Below are positions 35,320-48,599 of a stretch of 64,000 bases of DNA, in pieces. Positions within the stretch are counted from its first letter, which is position 1. The number at the start of each line of letters is the position of its first letter. The stretch lies in contig JAYWIR010000004.1 in NCBI GenBank assembly GCA_036172245.1, positions 186,001 to 250,000 on the forward strand, in the 5' to 3' direction. The position numbers were made by a program, and so were the translations under genes. The notes under the pieces were generated by a model. The model was not told the origin of the DNA. It did not search any database and saw only the letters and a program-made list of their open reading frames with translations. Source of the stretch: Raillietiella orientalis. Taxonomy: Eukaryota.

Positions 35320-36000
35320 AGGTCAGGAGTGGCTTCCCATTCCGAAACTGGGGAATGGGTCGAGCAAGGCGAAGGAGCGCGTTGGAGGCCGCCTCGCTAG
35401 TTCTCGGTTCGCAGTGGGCACCGTGGGCTTGCCGGCACACCCTTCTGGAACCCCCAGGGGAGCGCAGAAAATCCCCTGTAACGTCTGAATCTCTCTTAGG
35501 GGAGATCTGGGAAGCAGGAGGGGCGTGGACCAGATCCTGGGGTTTCCAGTAGGAGAGCCCTGGAGTGTTCGCCTTCGGACGCGAGATCATCCTCGATCTC
35601 GATCATTCCCGAATGTATCCTTCTTCCAGTCATTCCCGTGATAGTCACCGCTTCAGGAAGGCTTCTTTTTCTCCTGCAAGAGGGAAGGATCCTGGAAAGG
35701 AGAGGCGGCTCTTAGGCAAGGTACGAAGGGCAAGGAGGGCCGAGGAGAGGAGGCATGACTGGCACTCCTGGGCAACACGCTTCCCCCTTTGGTGAAATTC
35801 CCGTCTCCACTTGGCATTGCAGGGCCAGGTGGAGATGTCGAAGGCCTCGTGCGAGACTCAGGTGCCATGGAGAGATTCTTTTTTTCGAAGGAAGTTCCAA
35901 ATGTTCCAAAGAAGCCACGCGGACTGGATTTCTGGAAGTAAGGAATGATCCGAGGAGCACAGTTCTGGAAGTTCTTCCCATCGCGGGTGTGATTGCGGAA
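35320..36000 (-). mobile_element. Decayed CR1/L2/Jockey-type LINE reverse transcriptase
   Basis: SFLTSRNPVRV (~FLDFSKAFDRV), QCQVETGISPKGEACCPGVPVMPPLLGP (~QxVxxxGxxSxxxxVxSGVPQGSVLGP), PKRDSDV (~EKDLGV). Confidence 0.55.
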
Positions 36001-37239
36001 TGAGCCGAAGGGGAGAGGGGAGGGATGACATCGGTGTTCCTCGGTTGGGGAGAGTGCAGGTCCTCCGGTCTCTTCCTTCTTGGTCTCTCTCCTCTTCTCC
36101 TTTCGTTCTCCTCCCTCCCTCCTCCCTCTTCCCCTCCCTCTCATTTTCCACCTCTAGTTCGGCACGTCTCGCACCACGGATGCTGCTGCTCTCGACAAAC
36201 ATCCGCCACATCCTCCTGGTTCCCGCTCTTTGTTCCCTCCTCTCGTGGCGTCTGCCGCCCGAGCCTCTCCCACCACTGCTGCGTGGGGGGCCCCTTTGGA
36301 TCCCCTCCTCCGGTGACGCAGGGGCGTCACTGCCACTCAGGACATCCGCCCACGCTGGGGCTCCCTTCCCTTTGTGCGAGCCTCGAAAGGAAGACGCTAG
36401 GGCGGCCTGGGAGCGGGAGTGAATCAGATCCTTCCCCTGAATCGGATCCTGCGAAACGCCGTCTCGAAAACAACAACAGGAATAAAGAGGGGGTGGGGTG
36501 GGGTGGGGTGAAGACTACCTCAAGTCTATTGACCGGCAGCACGCCAAACTTTCACCTGGGAGCGCGAGGGCCGCAGGGGGAGACCGAGCGGACGTAAAAG
36601 GGGCTGCCGGGGTATCGATCTTCCGATCAATAGGTGGATGGCCGTCCGGAAGTCGAGCGTGCAAGAAGCGCCTCGAGGACGGTGTCTGCGGTCGCGGGGG
36701 GAGTCGGCGTGGGGCGTTCCACATTCGGGAGGGCGGCGCGGCGGAAAGGGGAAAAACAAGGGGAGGACGGCGGCGGTGGCCCATATCCGCCTGCGCGCGC
36801 GGCGCGGCTTCCCTTTCACGCATGATCCATGGCAACGTCGCTTGGCAGTGGTGGACGAGGAGGCTGCTCATGGAGGAAGGGATCAGCTGCGTGGGGCTTT
36901 CCCCCGGACTCTTATTGGATGGCTTCGGAACGCCCCCGGCTGCGTTCTAGGTCAAGGGGTGAGGGTGTGAAGGAGGCGGAAGATGGTCCCCGCCGCCACC
37001 GCCATGACCACGTGGGCTCTGCTACCGCGGTCGTCCGAAAAATGGCGTGTGTGAGGAAAACAGAATACTGGTTGCAGCTGCTGCGACTATAGGGAAGGCA
37101 AGAAGTAGCCAAAGGAGTCTAGGAGAGCGATCATTCATGTTCATCCCAGGAAGAACTCGGTCAGCAAGTGGGGGTGAAGGGAAGGAAGGAGAGAGGTCTT
37201 TTCGGTTACCGCGGACGGAAGAGCCTCTTCGCGTTGACT

Positions 37240-37950
37240 CCCCCTCCATCGCCCCGCCTCCACGTCTGCGCGAAGGCCCCATGGAGACCCCAAGCGAGAG
37301 AGGAAAAGGACGAGCAGGATCAGTTGGCTTTCCAGTCAGCGCACTCCCGGGCTACACCGTCACTCTATCCTCAGAGGCTGCTCCGCTCGAAGACCTTTCC
37401 TCCTTCTACGGACTCATCATGGACTTGTTGACTCAGAGGGGAGCAGAGAGACAGGAGGGAAGACCATTAGCTGACCGGAATCGGGTCAATCGAGGTTCAG
37501 AGAGGAGCACTGCAGGACTCCTCATAGCTGCCTCCTCGAGAGGGGACGGAGAATGCAGGGAGGAAAGGGAGCGAGCCGGAAGATCGACTGCTTTCTCTCC
37601 CGAGGGATTCCAGAACGACTCCGCATGCGAGAAGCAGAAAAGAGTTCCGCAACGTACCGCACTTCGCAGCAAGGCCTGCGGTCCAGCAGGGGCGGGGATC
37701 CCAAGGGAGCCAAGGTGTGAGCTGCGGGTGTGAGCTGCGGTCCTCCCAGATGTCTTGAAAGACAGAAAAGCGATGCTGCTGCCAGCAGATTCTCAAAGGC
37801 GCCCGGTTTGCAGGATCAGCTCTCTTTCCTGAGAAAACGCGCGCGTCTGGACAGGAAGTTCATGGATCCTTTTGAGGGTGCCTTGAGACGGTGTTCGTAT
37901 GCAGTCAGGACAAGACGCTGTCCTCGGATGGCACGGCTCCTTCCACCAAC
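37240..37950 (+). mobile_element. Decayed Ty3/Gypsy integrase
   Basis: EGPMETPSERG (~GPLPxSxxG), SFYGLIMDLLTQRG (~YGxPxxIxTDRG), NRGSERS (~NGxSERxN), RLDRKFMDPF..SYAV (~GPF/GPY module), in the correct order. Confidence 0.55.
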
Positions 37951-39149
37951 TTCTCTGGAGGACAGAGACTCTGTGCCTCGTAGGGATGAGCTGCAGGTTC
38001 CTGAAGAACTTCGCGTCACAGGAAAGACCACCGTTCTTCCAGGGCGCGTAGTAAACCATCGTACCTGTCAGGATCTTCAGATTCTGACAGGTAGCCTCCG
38101 TAGTTCCACGGATTCTCACCTCTTTCGAGAGGTGCAAGGATGCTTGCTTGCCAAGGGGTGGGCTCAGGTCAAAGGGGTGACGACGTGGATTCACGGATGG
38201 AAGATGAACTTCCTCTATTGAGAGTCGGGTAGAAGAGCTTTAGTTTTCGTGCGCCAAACGCGATCACTCTCTCTACCATCACCATCATCCTGGCTTTCTC
38301 CCCCTTCCCTCCGCCCTCCCTCAAGAAAGGCTTCTCGGGAAACAGGAAAGGGATGGGTCTAGGTACGCTAGTCCGAAAAGAACACACAATCAACCGACTT
38401 GACAACCCACTGCGTGCTGAAGTCGCCAAAAAGACGACGGAATGCCATGGCGCACTTTTCTGTCTCCAGAGATGATGGCACCGTCCCCGAGATACGATGG
38501 CGAGTCCATCATCGCAAGGTGGTTCTCCAGAAACCCACTACAGAGCACAAGAAGGAAGATCTCGCGGAAGTGGAAGAGCCGTTTTTTATTGTCAAGGATG
38601 CTAGCGACGGATCCGGAGGTTTGGAAGGAAGAAACTCCTTAAGGCGTCACAGTCTCCTTAAGGCTGTTCCAGAAGAAAGAAACTGGGAAGAAAGGAAGAG
38701 CGGCTTAACTGCCGCCCGAGCTCTCTGGAAATCCCAGTGATCAGAATCTAGTACCAGGGAAGCAGTCTCTTCAAAAGAAAGTGTCAGAGAGGGTCTCCCT
38801 GAGGTCGCGAGGATGAAATTCTCCGACATCTTTTCTCAGATCCGGAGCACAGATCTGATGCGAGGCGAGAAAGGAAGATGGATGGCTTTCCAACTAGTTC
38901 CGCAAGCCAGTCGACCGCCCCACAGGGACGTCTTCTCGGACTCAAACGAGCTGAGTGTTCCACAGAGGTTGACAAACACTCGGCAAAGAGCTACCAGCAC
39001 TCCAGACTTTTGCCGGAACCTCAGAACTTCCGGACATGCAAGGGAAAATCCCGAGGGACGCTTCTTTGAGAGGAAATTGCACGCCTGTACCCGAAGGAAA
39101 ATTCTCCGAATCTTCGAAATCTGCGCGCTTCCCTCATGCAACAGAATCT

Positions 39150-40280
39150 CCTTCTCATCCCCCGGGTCTTCCCAGTTTTCCAGGAGGCCTATATCGATTC
39201 TTCAGGAGGAGGCACCTCGAAACAAGTGGTGCTTTCCTCCTTCGCGTCTGAAAAGATTTGGTCCTCCTCGACTTCGTCCACCGAAGGCGCGAGCAAGAAG
39301 CTCAGTGGCCGGTTTTCCTGAGCATACCGTCCTGTCGGAGGAAACGGAAAGAGGCACGGTTGCGCGATCCCCTGGAAACAGCAGACATCAAATTGAGTCC
39401 CAAAGCCAAGGCCGCCTCGGAGCTCGGAAGATGCACCAGCAAGGCCTCATCTCGAGATGCTTCAAGAAACCATCAGCATGGGTAGGTGGTTTCTTGGCGG
39501 AAGGGAAGTCTCATTTAAGAGGTTTGGAGTGAAAACAAACTTTCCGCCGTTTTCTCGAACTCCCCAGCTTCCTTGGCTTTGAAGGAGGCCAGGTACACGA
39601 CGGAGGCTCAAGATTGGGGACGTTCCGCAGTAGGGCGAGAACTTTGCTTGACGCTTGATGGGATTCACCCTCTCGGTTCGGCCCCGCATCCTCGCCCTCG
39701 GGAACGGGAAGTTTCTCCACTGCTCCACCTCTTTTTGGCAGGATTTCGAATTTCAAGGAGTCGAAAGGCTATTGGTCTTCTGGTGTTTCAAAAGTGTCCT
39801 ACTCGGTGCTCCACCGATTGAAGACGGCAATGGGAGTGAGTCAGCCGGGAAGCGATGCCCTGCGGCGAGCTCGTCTCCTTCCGGATCTGGGTGCACCGAG
39901 CAAGGAAGGGGGGGATGGGAAGGGAGGAGCAGCCAGCCCGGACGATATGCCTGCCCCTTCGAGATCTCCGGACCGCTCGGGACAGAAAGCGGACCGGATG
40001 GAAAGACCTCTCTGTCTCCACGTCGACGAAGGATGTCCGTACGAGCGCTCGAGCCCTGCTAGTTGGCTCTCCAGCGTGCTGGGATGCCTCCGAGGAAGAG
40101 GTGATGGGACAGCTGGAGCTCCCGCGGCTATGCCTCTGCAGAAGGAGACGCTCCTACCAGCCAATGAGGCCGTGGTATCCGTCGGGCTCACGCGTTGGAA
40201 CATCCTTCACGACAGAGGAATCGCCCAGGACATTGACGTCCAAGAAACAACCGATGGGGATGTGAGAGGCGATTCCGTAA
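39150..40280 (+). mobile_element. Decayed PIF/Harbinger (HARBI1-like) transposase
   Basis: IKLSPKAK..ELGRCTSKASSR (~ISPExKLxxxLRxLATG), LTLDGIHPLGSAP (~GAIDGTHIxIxxP), PGSDALRRARL (~PGSxHD), VLGCLRGR (~FGxLKxR), NILHDRG (~LHN). Confidence 0.5.
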
Positions 40281-43200
40281 CCTTCCACGGGCAGAACAAG
40301 ATGGAAAGGACATGAGCATGGCGAAGACCTCAAAGACCTTGGCCCCTTTATTCAATGCAATCCCTCCGGCGCTCAACAAACAGAGTTGGTTCTTGGAATT
40401 TCCACCTGGTGCAGGACGCCGCTGTCGTTCCCGGGGCTGCAGCATCCCAGGGCGACGATTCTCGGGCCCTTCCTGGATGGGAAGGGAAAGCGTGTGGTCC
40501 AACAGTTTCTATCTTTCCGTTCGTCACCTTCTGGAATGCTGCCTTACCGGCTTCGAGCAAGCAGCACTTTTTTCTGGTCAGCACTGGTCCTACGGCACAA
40601 TGGCGTTCTTTAGGACGGAGACGAGTTAAAACCGCCCCTACACGTTGCGATCTGGGATTCTCCTTAGTTTGTGCCTCTCCTTCTTGATGCAGCCCATCCA
40701 GGCGCCATGCCTCCTGATACAGAAAAGGAACTGCCGCAGGCACAGATTGCAGGACTGCAGCGTTTCGCTTTATTCCCGGTCCCGGTGTCAAGACCGATCC
40801 TCATCTTTTTTTCAATTCCTATTCTGCGGGTGGTCAGTCAACCTGAGAAGGAAATGGCCACAAAGCCGGTACAATCTAATGAGGAACGTGGCCTTTCATC
40901 CCTACCAAAGGATCTGTCGATTGGGGATGGCTCCGGCTCTGTTTTACTGTGCGAGACAACCAGTCGTCTTCCCTGTGAACCCTTGAGGGAAGGGTTGATC
41001 CAGAGGGCAGAAAAGTGAGAATCGTTTCCTCGCAAGCGGATGGCACGGAAAGGCTCTGCATCAACAACAGTGCGGTTGCATCAAAGACTTCGGACACGAA
41101 AGCTGAGGTAGAATCGGAAGGAAGCGAATCTTCGGAAAGATTCCAAATCCGGGAAACCCATCTCCGTGCTGGTCTGTTCCGAAACTTGATCACGGGGAGC
41201 AGGGGTGCTTCTTGCGATTTGTCTTGGTGCGTGGCGCTCCCGTCTCAAGACAGTCATGCGCCCAGTGGCATTTCTTGGTGGGCTCTATGGCACATGAGAC
41301 CGGGTGTCGACGGTTCTCTTTCCGCAGCAGCAAGCTTGGCCAGGAAATGCTGGTTCCTCCGCGGCTTCCAGCCCGGTATCGGAGTATCGGGTATCGTGTC
41401 GAGCGACCTCTTACCCTGAGTGACCTCCATGTGCTGTTTGGCCCGCCTGTCTGCTCGCTACATGCGTTCACGGGAATCACGAAGTTTACTGGGTAATTAC
41501 TGCCTCCAGTCAGGTTCGGATCCGGCTGGAAGCAGTCGCCTCATTTAGTAGTCGGCTCCGTCCCTGATCACGTCCTCAGCTGCCGAATGTTCGAAGGCAG
41601 TAGCTGCGGTGCTCAAAGCAATCCCCACACATCACTGGTTTGAATCGCAGACGACTTTTTTTTTTTCCTTAAAAAAAAAACAAAACGTGGATGCTCCATT
41701 TTTTTTTCTTTTCTTTAGAAGTCCGGCAAAAAAGTTTCTAAGGATTTGTGACGTCTAGTAGAAGAATCCATGGGTACTGCACCATTCTATGCAATGCCTT
41801 ATTCCAGTAGCGCTGCAGCATCCAACACAGATAGAGGAACGACCTGCTCTTCGACGCCTGTCAACTGGAAGATTTGCTCGCCTCGAGTGGAGCGGCAACC
41901 CTTTCAGGATGGGAAATGGAATCGACCCCTTACCGATAATTGCCCTTTGCTCTCGCGAGCGCTTGGAAGTCATGGAGTCCTCGCCATTTTCCTTCCGAAT
42001 TGAAAGTGCTCTCTGCTGATTCCAATATGCCTACAGTTCTCATCATCATCGCGTCTTTGGACTCACGAGATCAGTATTGAGTGAATGAGCGTGCTAGGCT
42101 GTCTTGGACGATGAAGTGAGTCGTTGGAGACAGAGCTTGACGGAGCCTGGCAGCACTGCACCCCTTTCAAACCAAGAAAGAAACTCACCTTCTCGATGAG
42201 AGGCGGCACGCCCCGACGGACAGTGGCTAAGCCGAAACACGTGAAACGGGGAGATGACAGACGGGGAATCGTGCGCGGCTCGATTGGGATGAATCACCTT
42301 CATCTCAGTGCTGATGCAGAGATCTCAGGAGGAAGGAGAGAAGTGAGGAAAAAAGAGCATTTGTCAATTGGAAGTCTCTCCTTCCAAGCATCGAATCCAG
42401 AGGCAGGAAAGACTTCATCTCACAAGAAGGAAAGCACGAAAGGGATGCAACAGAACAGAATGAGGGCTCCGTACAAACTTGAACTCGCTGCAGGCGATCC
42501 GCTCTGAGATGGATCTGTGGGCTCTCATCATTGCATTTCCGATTGGTACGCTGCTCTCTGTTACGAAAGAGGGATCAGGACCCGTTTTTACCGTCTTTGA
42601 TTTTACAGTGCAAGGTGGAATTTACATCCTCAGGAACCAACATGCCCTGCAGCCAGCCAATAGCGAGTCTCGAAGTTTCGTAGAGACCCAGTGCTACACG
42701 AGAGGAATCGAATGGCGGTAGCTACCCTTCCGAATACCGGCTACAGCACAGAGGGAAGCACCACAAAAGGGAGAGAGAGTCGAGACAGCGAACTGGTGCT
42801 CTTCCCAACTAATCCCTGAGGATCACAGGCATCGCTCATCTGAAAAAAGGAATATGAGTCTTTATGGGTGAGAAAATCGATGAGAGTAATGCCTAGCCTG
42901 CACACTGAAAGGCGGGAGAGGGGCAACGGAGCATCGCCAGGCTTTCAAAGGACTATAAACCGGCAACTGATTCCTTGAAAGGTTCCTCAACGAGCTTCGA
43001 GAAGTGTGAGACCGTCTCCAACGCGTCACTGCGCACAGAGCGTACCTGCGGCATCCAAAGCCGTTCTCATGAGTGCATGGAACAAATTGAATCAGAAGCT
43101 CAGGGGCGCGCGTTGCGGATCTTTGAGAGCAGTGCTCACCACTTGAGTGGTCCATTCATCCCATCTGGAAGTATGGTGGTTCATTCTCGTTCGGCTGCAG

Positions 43201-43749
43201 CGAGGACCTATCGTTGCTTCTGTTTTAGTTGCTTCCCCCTCGGCTGACGACCCAAGAGATGCGTCCCCCCTGCGTCGCGTGTCGGGACGGACCAACATAC
43301 ACATCGTGAGGTATCTAAACGCTCTCGAGGAGGATCCCGAGATGCCTGGGGCTCCTCGGATCCCAGAACCCCAGGAAACCTGCCTCCTGCTTCCTCGGAC
43401 CGATGCCTGTGACCTCAGGGGCAAGTCAGGAAGAGCACCGGTTCACTGTCTCGACTCTCCTCTCGGGAATAGTCAAAGAACAGCTCCGATCGTTAGAACG
43501 TTGAACTGTCGGCTCTGCCTATTGCATGGAATGTAGCTCATCTCGAGAGTTGCATGCCATTTTCCTGGATATCTTTATCTGTTGCGGGATCCTTGCTCAC
43601 GTTCTTTCACCAGGAAGCTCCACATCTTTTGTCTGTTACAACGCATGATCTGAGAAGACGTACAGGAGGTCTTGATATGCTTTAAATAGATATCAGGAAG
43701 CAGAAACATTTTAAAAATAGAACAAGGAACTTGACAGAATTAGGATGGA

Positions 43750-44690
43750 CAACTCGGAAAGGTTGACAGCAGCCACCCTGGTTACGGTGTTCTTACGCAG
43801 CTGTAGCCAACCTAAAGAACAGGGAACTGCGTTCTTCTCGCATGTCCTTCTTCAGTTCCAAGCCACTAAAAAGTTCAGATTTCTGTGTCACCACAAGAAC
43901 CCACTGGGTGTTTTCGACGGGTGAAGGAAGAGTTGAAAAGTTGCTTCGGAAGAAGAGTTTCTTTGAGATCTCCGCGTAAGATTTCACGAGTGATGAGAGC
44001 AAAGAGGGTCGTCGGAAGACCCGAAACAGGACGGATTCTTGCAGCATGTTTTGTCGTCTGATGTGGATCGATGGAACTGGATAAAGTGCTCTGGCTCTGT
44101 CGCTGTCCAATGCAGAGATCCATCCTGCAGTTCACTTTCTCTCTCCATTTGCATCAGCCGATAGAGCTCAGAAAAGATGAAGAAAATTCGTGATACAGTG
44201 CTAAGGAAGAAAAGGGTGCTTCAATGTGCTCAGTATGCCAAAGAGATGAGTGAGCGTCGGACACTGGGATTCTTTTTTTCAGGAGAAAAAGGCCAACTTC
44301 AGCAGAAGGCTGGCTAGGCTTCCAGATTTGAAAGAGACTGTGGAACTCCTCTTTACCTGTCTTCCGTTCTCTTGACGAATGCCTCCCGTGAGCACCCTCG
44401 GGTTTCTTGCGACGGGAAACGGAGGCGTGTTTTTCTAAGCAGAGGAAAAGCGTCATGAGCGTAAGGAGCACGATGGTTTCGCCGCAGAGGTGAGGCAGCT
44501 CCGCGGTCGCCGTGCTTGGGGTTGCGGGTCTTTTCCTGGAGATGCTGGGAAGCATATGCCGCACGGCACTGATCGTTTCCGTTCACTCGGATTTTCCTCC
44601 CGAGATGCTTCCCTTGGATTTCGACCGCTTCGAGATCGACTGCCATGACCGTTGAGGACCCTTTCAAGGAATAAGTTGCCGGTCTAGAGT
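43750..44690 (-). mobile_element. Decayed hAT (Buster/Charlie-like) transposase C-terminus
   Basis: CRAAYASQHL (~LAYLxDIF), TEHIEA, ALDSDR; SSLVKSYAEISKKLFF..FST..VEN..VLVV..LELKKDMR matches the Buster dimerisation region (YPxLSKKA..PFSTTYxCExGFS..LxxExDMR). Confidence 0.5.
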
Positions 44691-44839
44691 CCTCTGAAGT
44701 CTGATGATGCCCGTCGGCCTTTCGCCCGCCTTCCGGTTTGCAGACTAGGCATTACTCTCACCTCTTGTCTCGTCCACGAAGATCCACATCCCTTTTTTCA
44801 GGAGATGAAGGTCAGGGGGTGCGCAAATCTCAGCAGGGT

Positions 44840-45080
44840 GCGCAAATCTCCTAGAGAAGCGCGAGGGAGTTGGTCGGAAGAAGAGAGACGCGCAGAACGA
44901 ATGCGCATCGCACCTGCGCTTGAGTAAAGGGCTCAGGACCCGCGCGGACGCCGTTGCCGTGCGGAACCAGCCGTTGCTGAGGCGGTTCAAAAGTTGATGC
45001 GATGCCCGGAAGCGGAAGTATCGAAGCCGGACTCAGAAGGACGGACGGAGGGTGCTAAATATAGCAAAATAAGTAAACAG
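44840..45080. repeat. Dispersed repeat, copy 1 (possibly a Helentron-associated/DINE-like non-autonomous element end)
   Basis: Core 44950-45080 matches 48059-48190 with 6 substitutions and 1 indel. The minus strand has TTTAGCAC..TCCGTCCGTCC..AACTTTTGAACCG, reminiscent of HINE/DINE-type elements; the family call is tentative. Confidence 0.8.
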
Positions 45081-45149
45081 CAGATGGAACGAGCGGATAA
45101 ATTCAACGGGGACGTAGGAGGCGGTTCGGGTTGTGTCCAAAGGCGCCCC

Positions 45150-45850
45150 TTGGACGTTCCTAAAGGTAAATGCTGAAGCGCGTGATGACAAGAGAAGAGG
45201 CAGAAGTGCCGTTTTCAGGAGGATTACGAAGCGAAGGAACGAGAAGAAACGCGGCATCGACCTCGTCTCGACGGCGAAGCCAATCGTGGAGGCCAGGGAT
45301 CACAGGGATCAACGACGGGAAAAATCGTTCTTTCGAAAGGTCGGCGTCGCCTTGGTGGAGGATGCGAGAGCATGAGCCCGCGAGAGGGCACCGAACGGGG
45401 TCAGGTTCCAGAAGCGCGATCCGATCTCTGGAGAAAGGGGCAGCCAGGTGCTCCCCTCGAAATTGGGCAACTTCGAAGGGTGGGTTCCGGATTTTCGAGT
45501 GGGACCTGGTGACCCTGATCATGGGGGACGGTGAGGTTCCTGCACAGCAGGAGGTTTCGAGGTTCCGAGTGGACCAAGGGAACGAGAAACACCCTGAACC
45601 ACAGGGGTGCGCACGTTCTTCGGATGGCCTACTAGCCCGTCAGGCCGAATCGGGAGGCGCTGGGGAACCCCCCGCCGCTGAGCCTTGGAGTAGCCGCAGA
45701 CCTATCAGAGGTGCCGAGCAGGCCAGCGACGGGATCTCGGTCTGGTTGCCTTGCCAGGCAGTTCGCTCCCGTTCACATCCAGACGACTGCTGGTTGGCGT
45801 CGTCTGCGGCACCCTTTGGTATTCACCTTCTTCGGGTGTGTGAAAGGTGA
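45150..45850 (+). mobile_element. Decayed LINE (RTE-like) reverse transcriptase, N-terminal part
   Basis: SAIRSLEKGAARCSP (~AIxxLKxGKAPGxD), GEVPAQQEVSRF (~GxVPxxWxxS), IRGAEQ (~IxxEQxGF). Confidence 0.45.
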
Positions 45851-47931
45851 GAACGTGCCCGCGTGCCTTCTGTCTCTTTGCTGCTCCCCTTCCTTGTGCG
45901 CGCTTCGAGCCATGCCGGGCTAGAACTTCTGTGTCGACACGACCGCCGCCCGCCTGTAACTGTCGGAAGATGGAGGCCTCCTGGTGCGAGGCTGCCGTCG
46001 TTTTCACGCGCCGACGCCTCGGCAGGGAATTCCTTGAGGTTTTTCCGCCCCCCTCCCCGCCCTCCTTCAGAGCAGAAGCCCGTGGTGTTTTCCTTTCTTC
46101 CTATCTGGCCGGACTCCCGGAAGCTTTTCCTCCATTCCCCGAAGAAACATTCCAGAATGCTCTGCGCGCACCGATGCTTCGTGCTCCTCTTCGCGACGAT
46201 CGCGGAAGCCCGCAGAAGCGACAGCAACAGCAGCAGACCGAGGGTCTCCCATTCTCTTCGTGCTTTGAATTCCGCAAGCGTCACATCGGCGCAGGCGTCG
46301 CATTTTGCGACCTCAGGCCATCGGAACGCGCGCGGCTGGCGGCGCAGCCCCCCATTGTTGTCCCCGGAGCCGCTCGCAGACGACAGCTCTATTGATAGAT
46401 CCAAGGTGAATGGGAGAGGAGCTCGTGGCGGCAGATGCCAGGATGCGTATCTCTCTGAGCGGCGGCACATGGACAGCCGGCCGTGACTCTGGACTGGGGA
46501 TGGCGCGGTACGCTTTGCCCTCGGGGAGGGAGAAAAATATCCCGGGAGCTCCTTCCTTCCAGAGCACCGGCGTTCCTCATGAACCGCTCGTCTGGAGCAT
46601 TCACCAGAAGGGAGCAAAGTGCAAGCGGGGTTGGCCCGGAGGCTTCCCCCCCCCCCCCTTTCTTCTTCGCGTGCGGACCGGTGCCGTTCCTGCGTGCGCG
46701 ATGAGCGCGCGCACTTCACCTTCCGCCCGCCGCGCTCGCGCTCCTCGATTTCCGTTGCGCGTCGGCGTCGGGCAGATGCGCAGGACCTCCTAAAGGTGTT
46801 CCTCGTTTCGCCTCCCCCTCACGCGGAGAGGAAGCTCTCTGGAGAGGACAACCTCCAGATCCTCGGGAAACACGACCAGACCCCTCGCGTTCGCGACCAG
46901 GGGAATCCCCTGCCTCGCCGCCGGGCGCGGTCGTGCAGGGAAGGATTTCTCCCCAGCGTTTTTTCGGGAATTCTCCGAGAGCAGGGGATGATGGCGGCAT
47001 CCTTCCGCAAGAGCGCTCCTTTGCGGGGGGATCCCGGAACGAAACAGACTTCCCCCCTCCCTTCCCTCCCAAACGGCACGGAAGCCGCCGCGCCTGTTTC
47101 GGGACGCACTATCTTGTGGGCTGCCTCCGCGGATCGCTTTATTGCTCTCAATCAAGCCCCCCGGTCAGTGGTTGTGGTGGTGAGCGATGCGATCGGAATC
47201 GGTAAATAAATTCTTCTTAGATATGTCCTTCAATCTCTTTCTCTCTTTTTTTTTTTTTTCTTCTTTTTTTTCTTTTTGCGAGAGAGACAAAAGGAAAGCG
47301 TGTAAATCACAAAAATAGAATTTCACCTTCTTCGGGAGTTTTATTTTAAGTGAGGGGAAGTGTCTTCAAGAGAAGCGAAACAGCCATGCAAGAGTCTTCT
47401 TCGAAGCAGGCAGGCAGGAGCAGTGGCGGCGGGGAAGACTGCCTCCTCCCGTTCCGGAAGGCGCGCGAGCGCATGCGCGAAGAGAGTCGGCTCCCGAAAA
47501 ACAATTGAATGGGGAAACGAAATAAAGGCAAATGAGGAGCCGGCATGTCCCCGTAGTGAGATGTTGGTGGTACCCTGTCTGAGATCCTGCGAACCACCGA
47601 TCGGCGGCGGCGGCGGCGGCGCCGGCTGGCTGCCACGAAGACAGATGCTGCTCATCCTCATGCTGGGATCTGGCGGACATTGCGATCGAGAAACGGCCTC
47701 GGGCTCTCTCGTTCACGCGTGGTCGGGAATGCGGACCTCGCCCCGTAGGCTGCTTCCTTCCACGGTGGAAGGTGAGGGGACGGGCGCCGCGGGTCCTATC
47801 CAATGCGGGAGAACCCCCCTTCCTCCCCCTCACTCTTCGCTGACTCTCTGCTGGGCTCAATGGCGGCAACGATTCCTGGAAGGTCGCTTCCCGTCGCTGG
47901 ATCCCTCTCTGCCGTGCCCGGCAAAGCAACG

Positions 47932-48190
47932 GCGCGAATCTCCCAAGGCAGTCTGTCGGAAGAAGAGAAGCACGCAGACAGACCAGGAAGTGGCGCCCTT
48001 CCGACGTCACCACGAATGCGCATCGAGCTTGAGAGGAGCATTCAGGATCAGCGCGGATGCCGTTGCCGTGGGGAACCAGCCGTTGCTGAGGCGGTTCAAA
48101 AGTTGATGAGATGCCCGGAAGCGGAAGTATCGGAGCCGGACGCAGAAGGACGGACGGAGCGTGCTAAATATAGCAAAAATAAGTAAGCAG
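47932..48190. repeat. Dispersed repeat, copy 2
   Basis: Direct repeat of 44840-45080, about 3.1 kb away. Confidence 0.8.
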
Positions 48191-48599
48191 TAAGTGCGAT
48201 AAGTGGACAAAGTGATAATAAATAGAAAGTGAGCAGGTGGACACCACGGCGGTCAAGTCCGCTCTAGTCACGCTCTGCCGGTCTTCCGCGAGGAAATTCC
48301 GAGACTCGGTACTGATCCATCAGCCACGGTTGCCGAGTCTGAGGACCTCCTTTTTGCCTCTTGAACGAGGTGGGAGGCTGGGGCGCGTGGAGGACCACCC
48401 GCAACAGACGAGTACTGGTGTCCGGGACTTCTGTGGACCGAATCTCTGTAAAACCTGTGCCGAGGAGATGAAACCGTCCTTTCCAAGGAGGCGCTGCAGA
48501 GCTCGGATGGGCGACGCTGGCAGCCTCCCAATGGCTCTGGCGTCTCAGAGGTGGCAGAGCTCCTAATAACGTGCTTTCGGGTTTTCCTTTTTTTTTCCT

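Noticed and set aside
40300..40900. Possible Tc1/mariner transposase relic on the minus strand
   Set aside because: Only vague GGNS..LSAGG similarity; no DDE residues or terminal inverted repeats seen.
44840..48190. LTR retrotransposon bounded by the two direct repeats
   Set aside because: No clear TG..CA ends, PBS or PPT; the interior holds LINE-like rather than gag/pol sequence.
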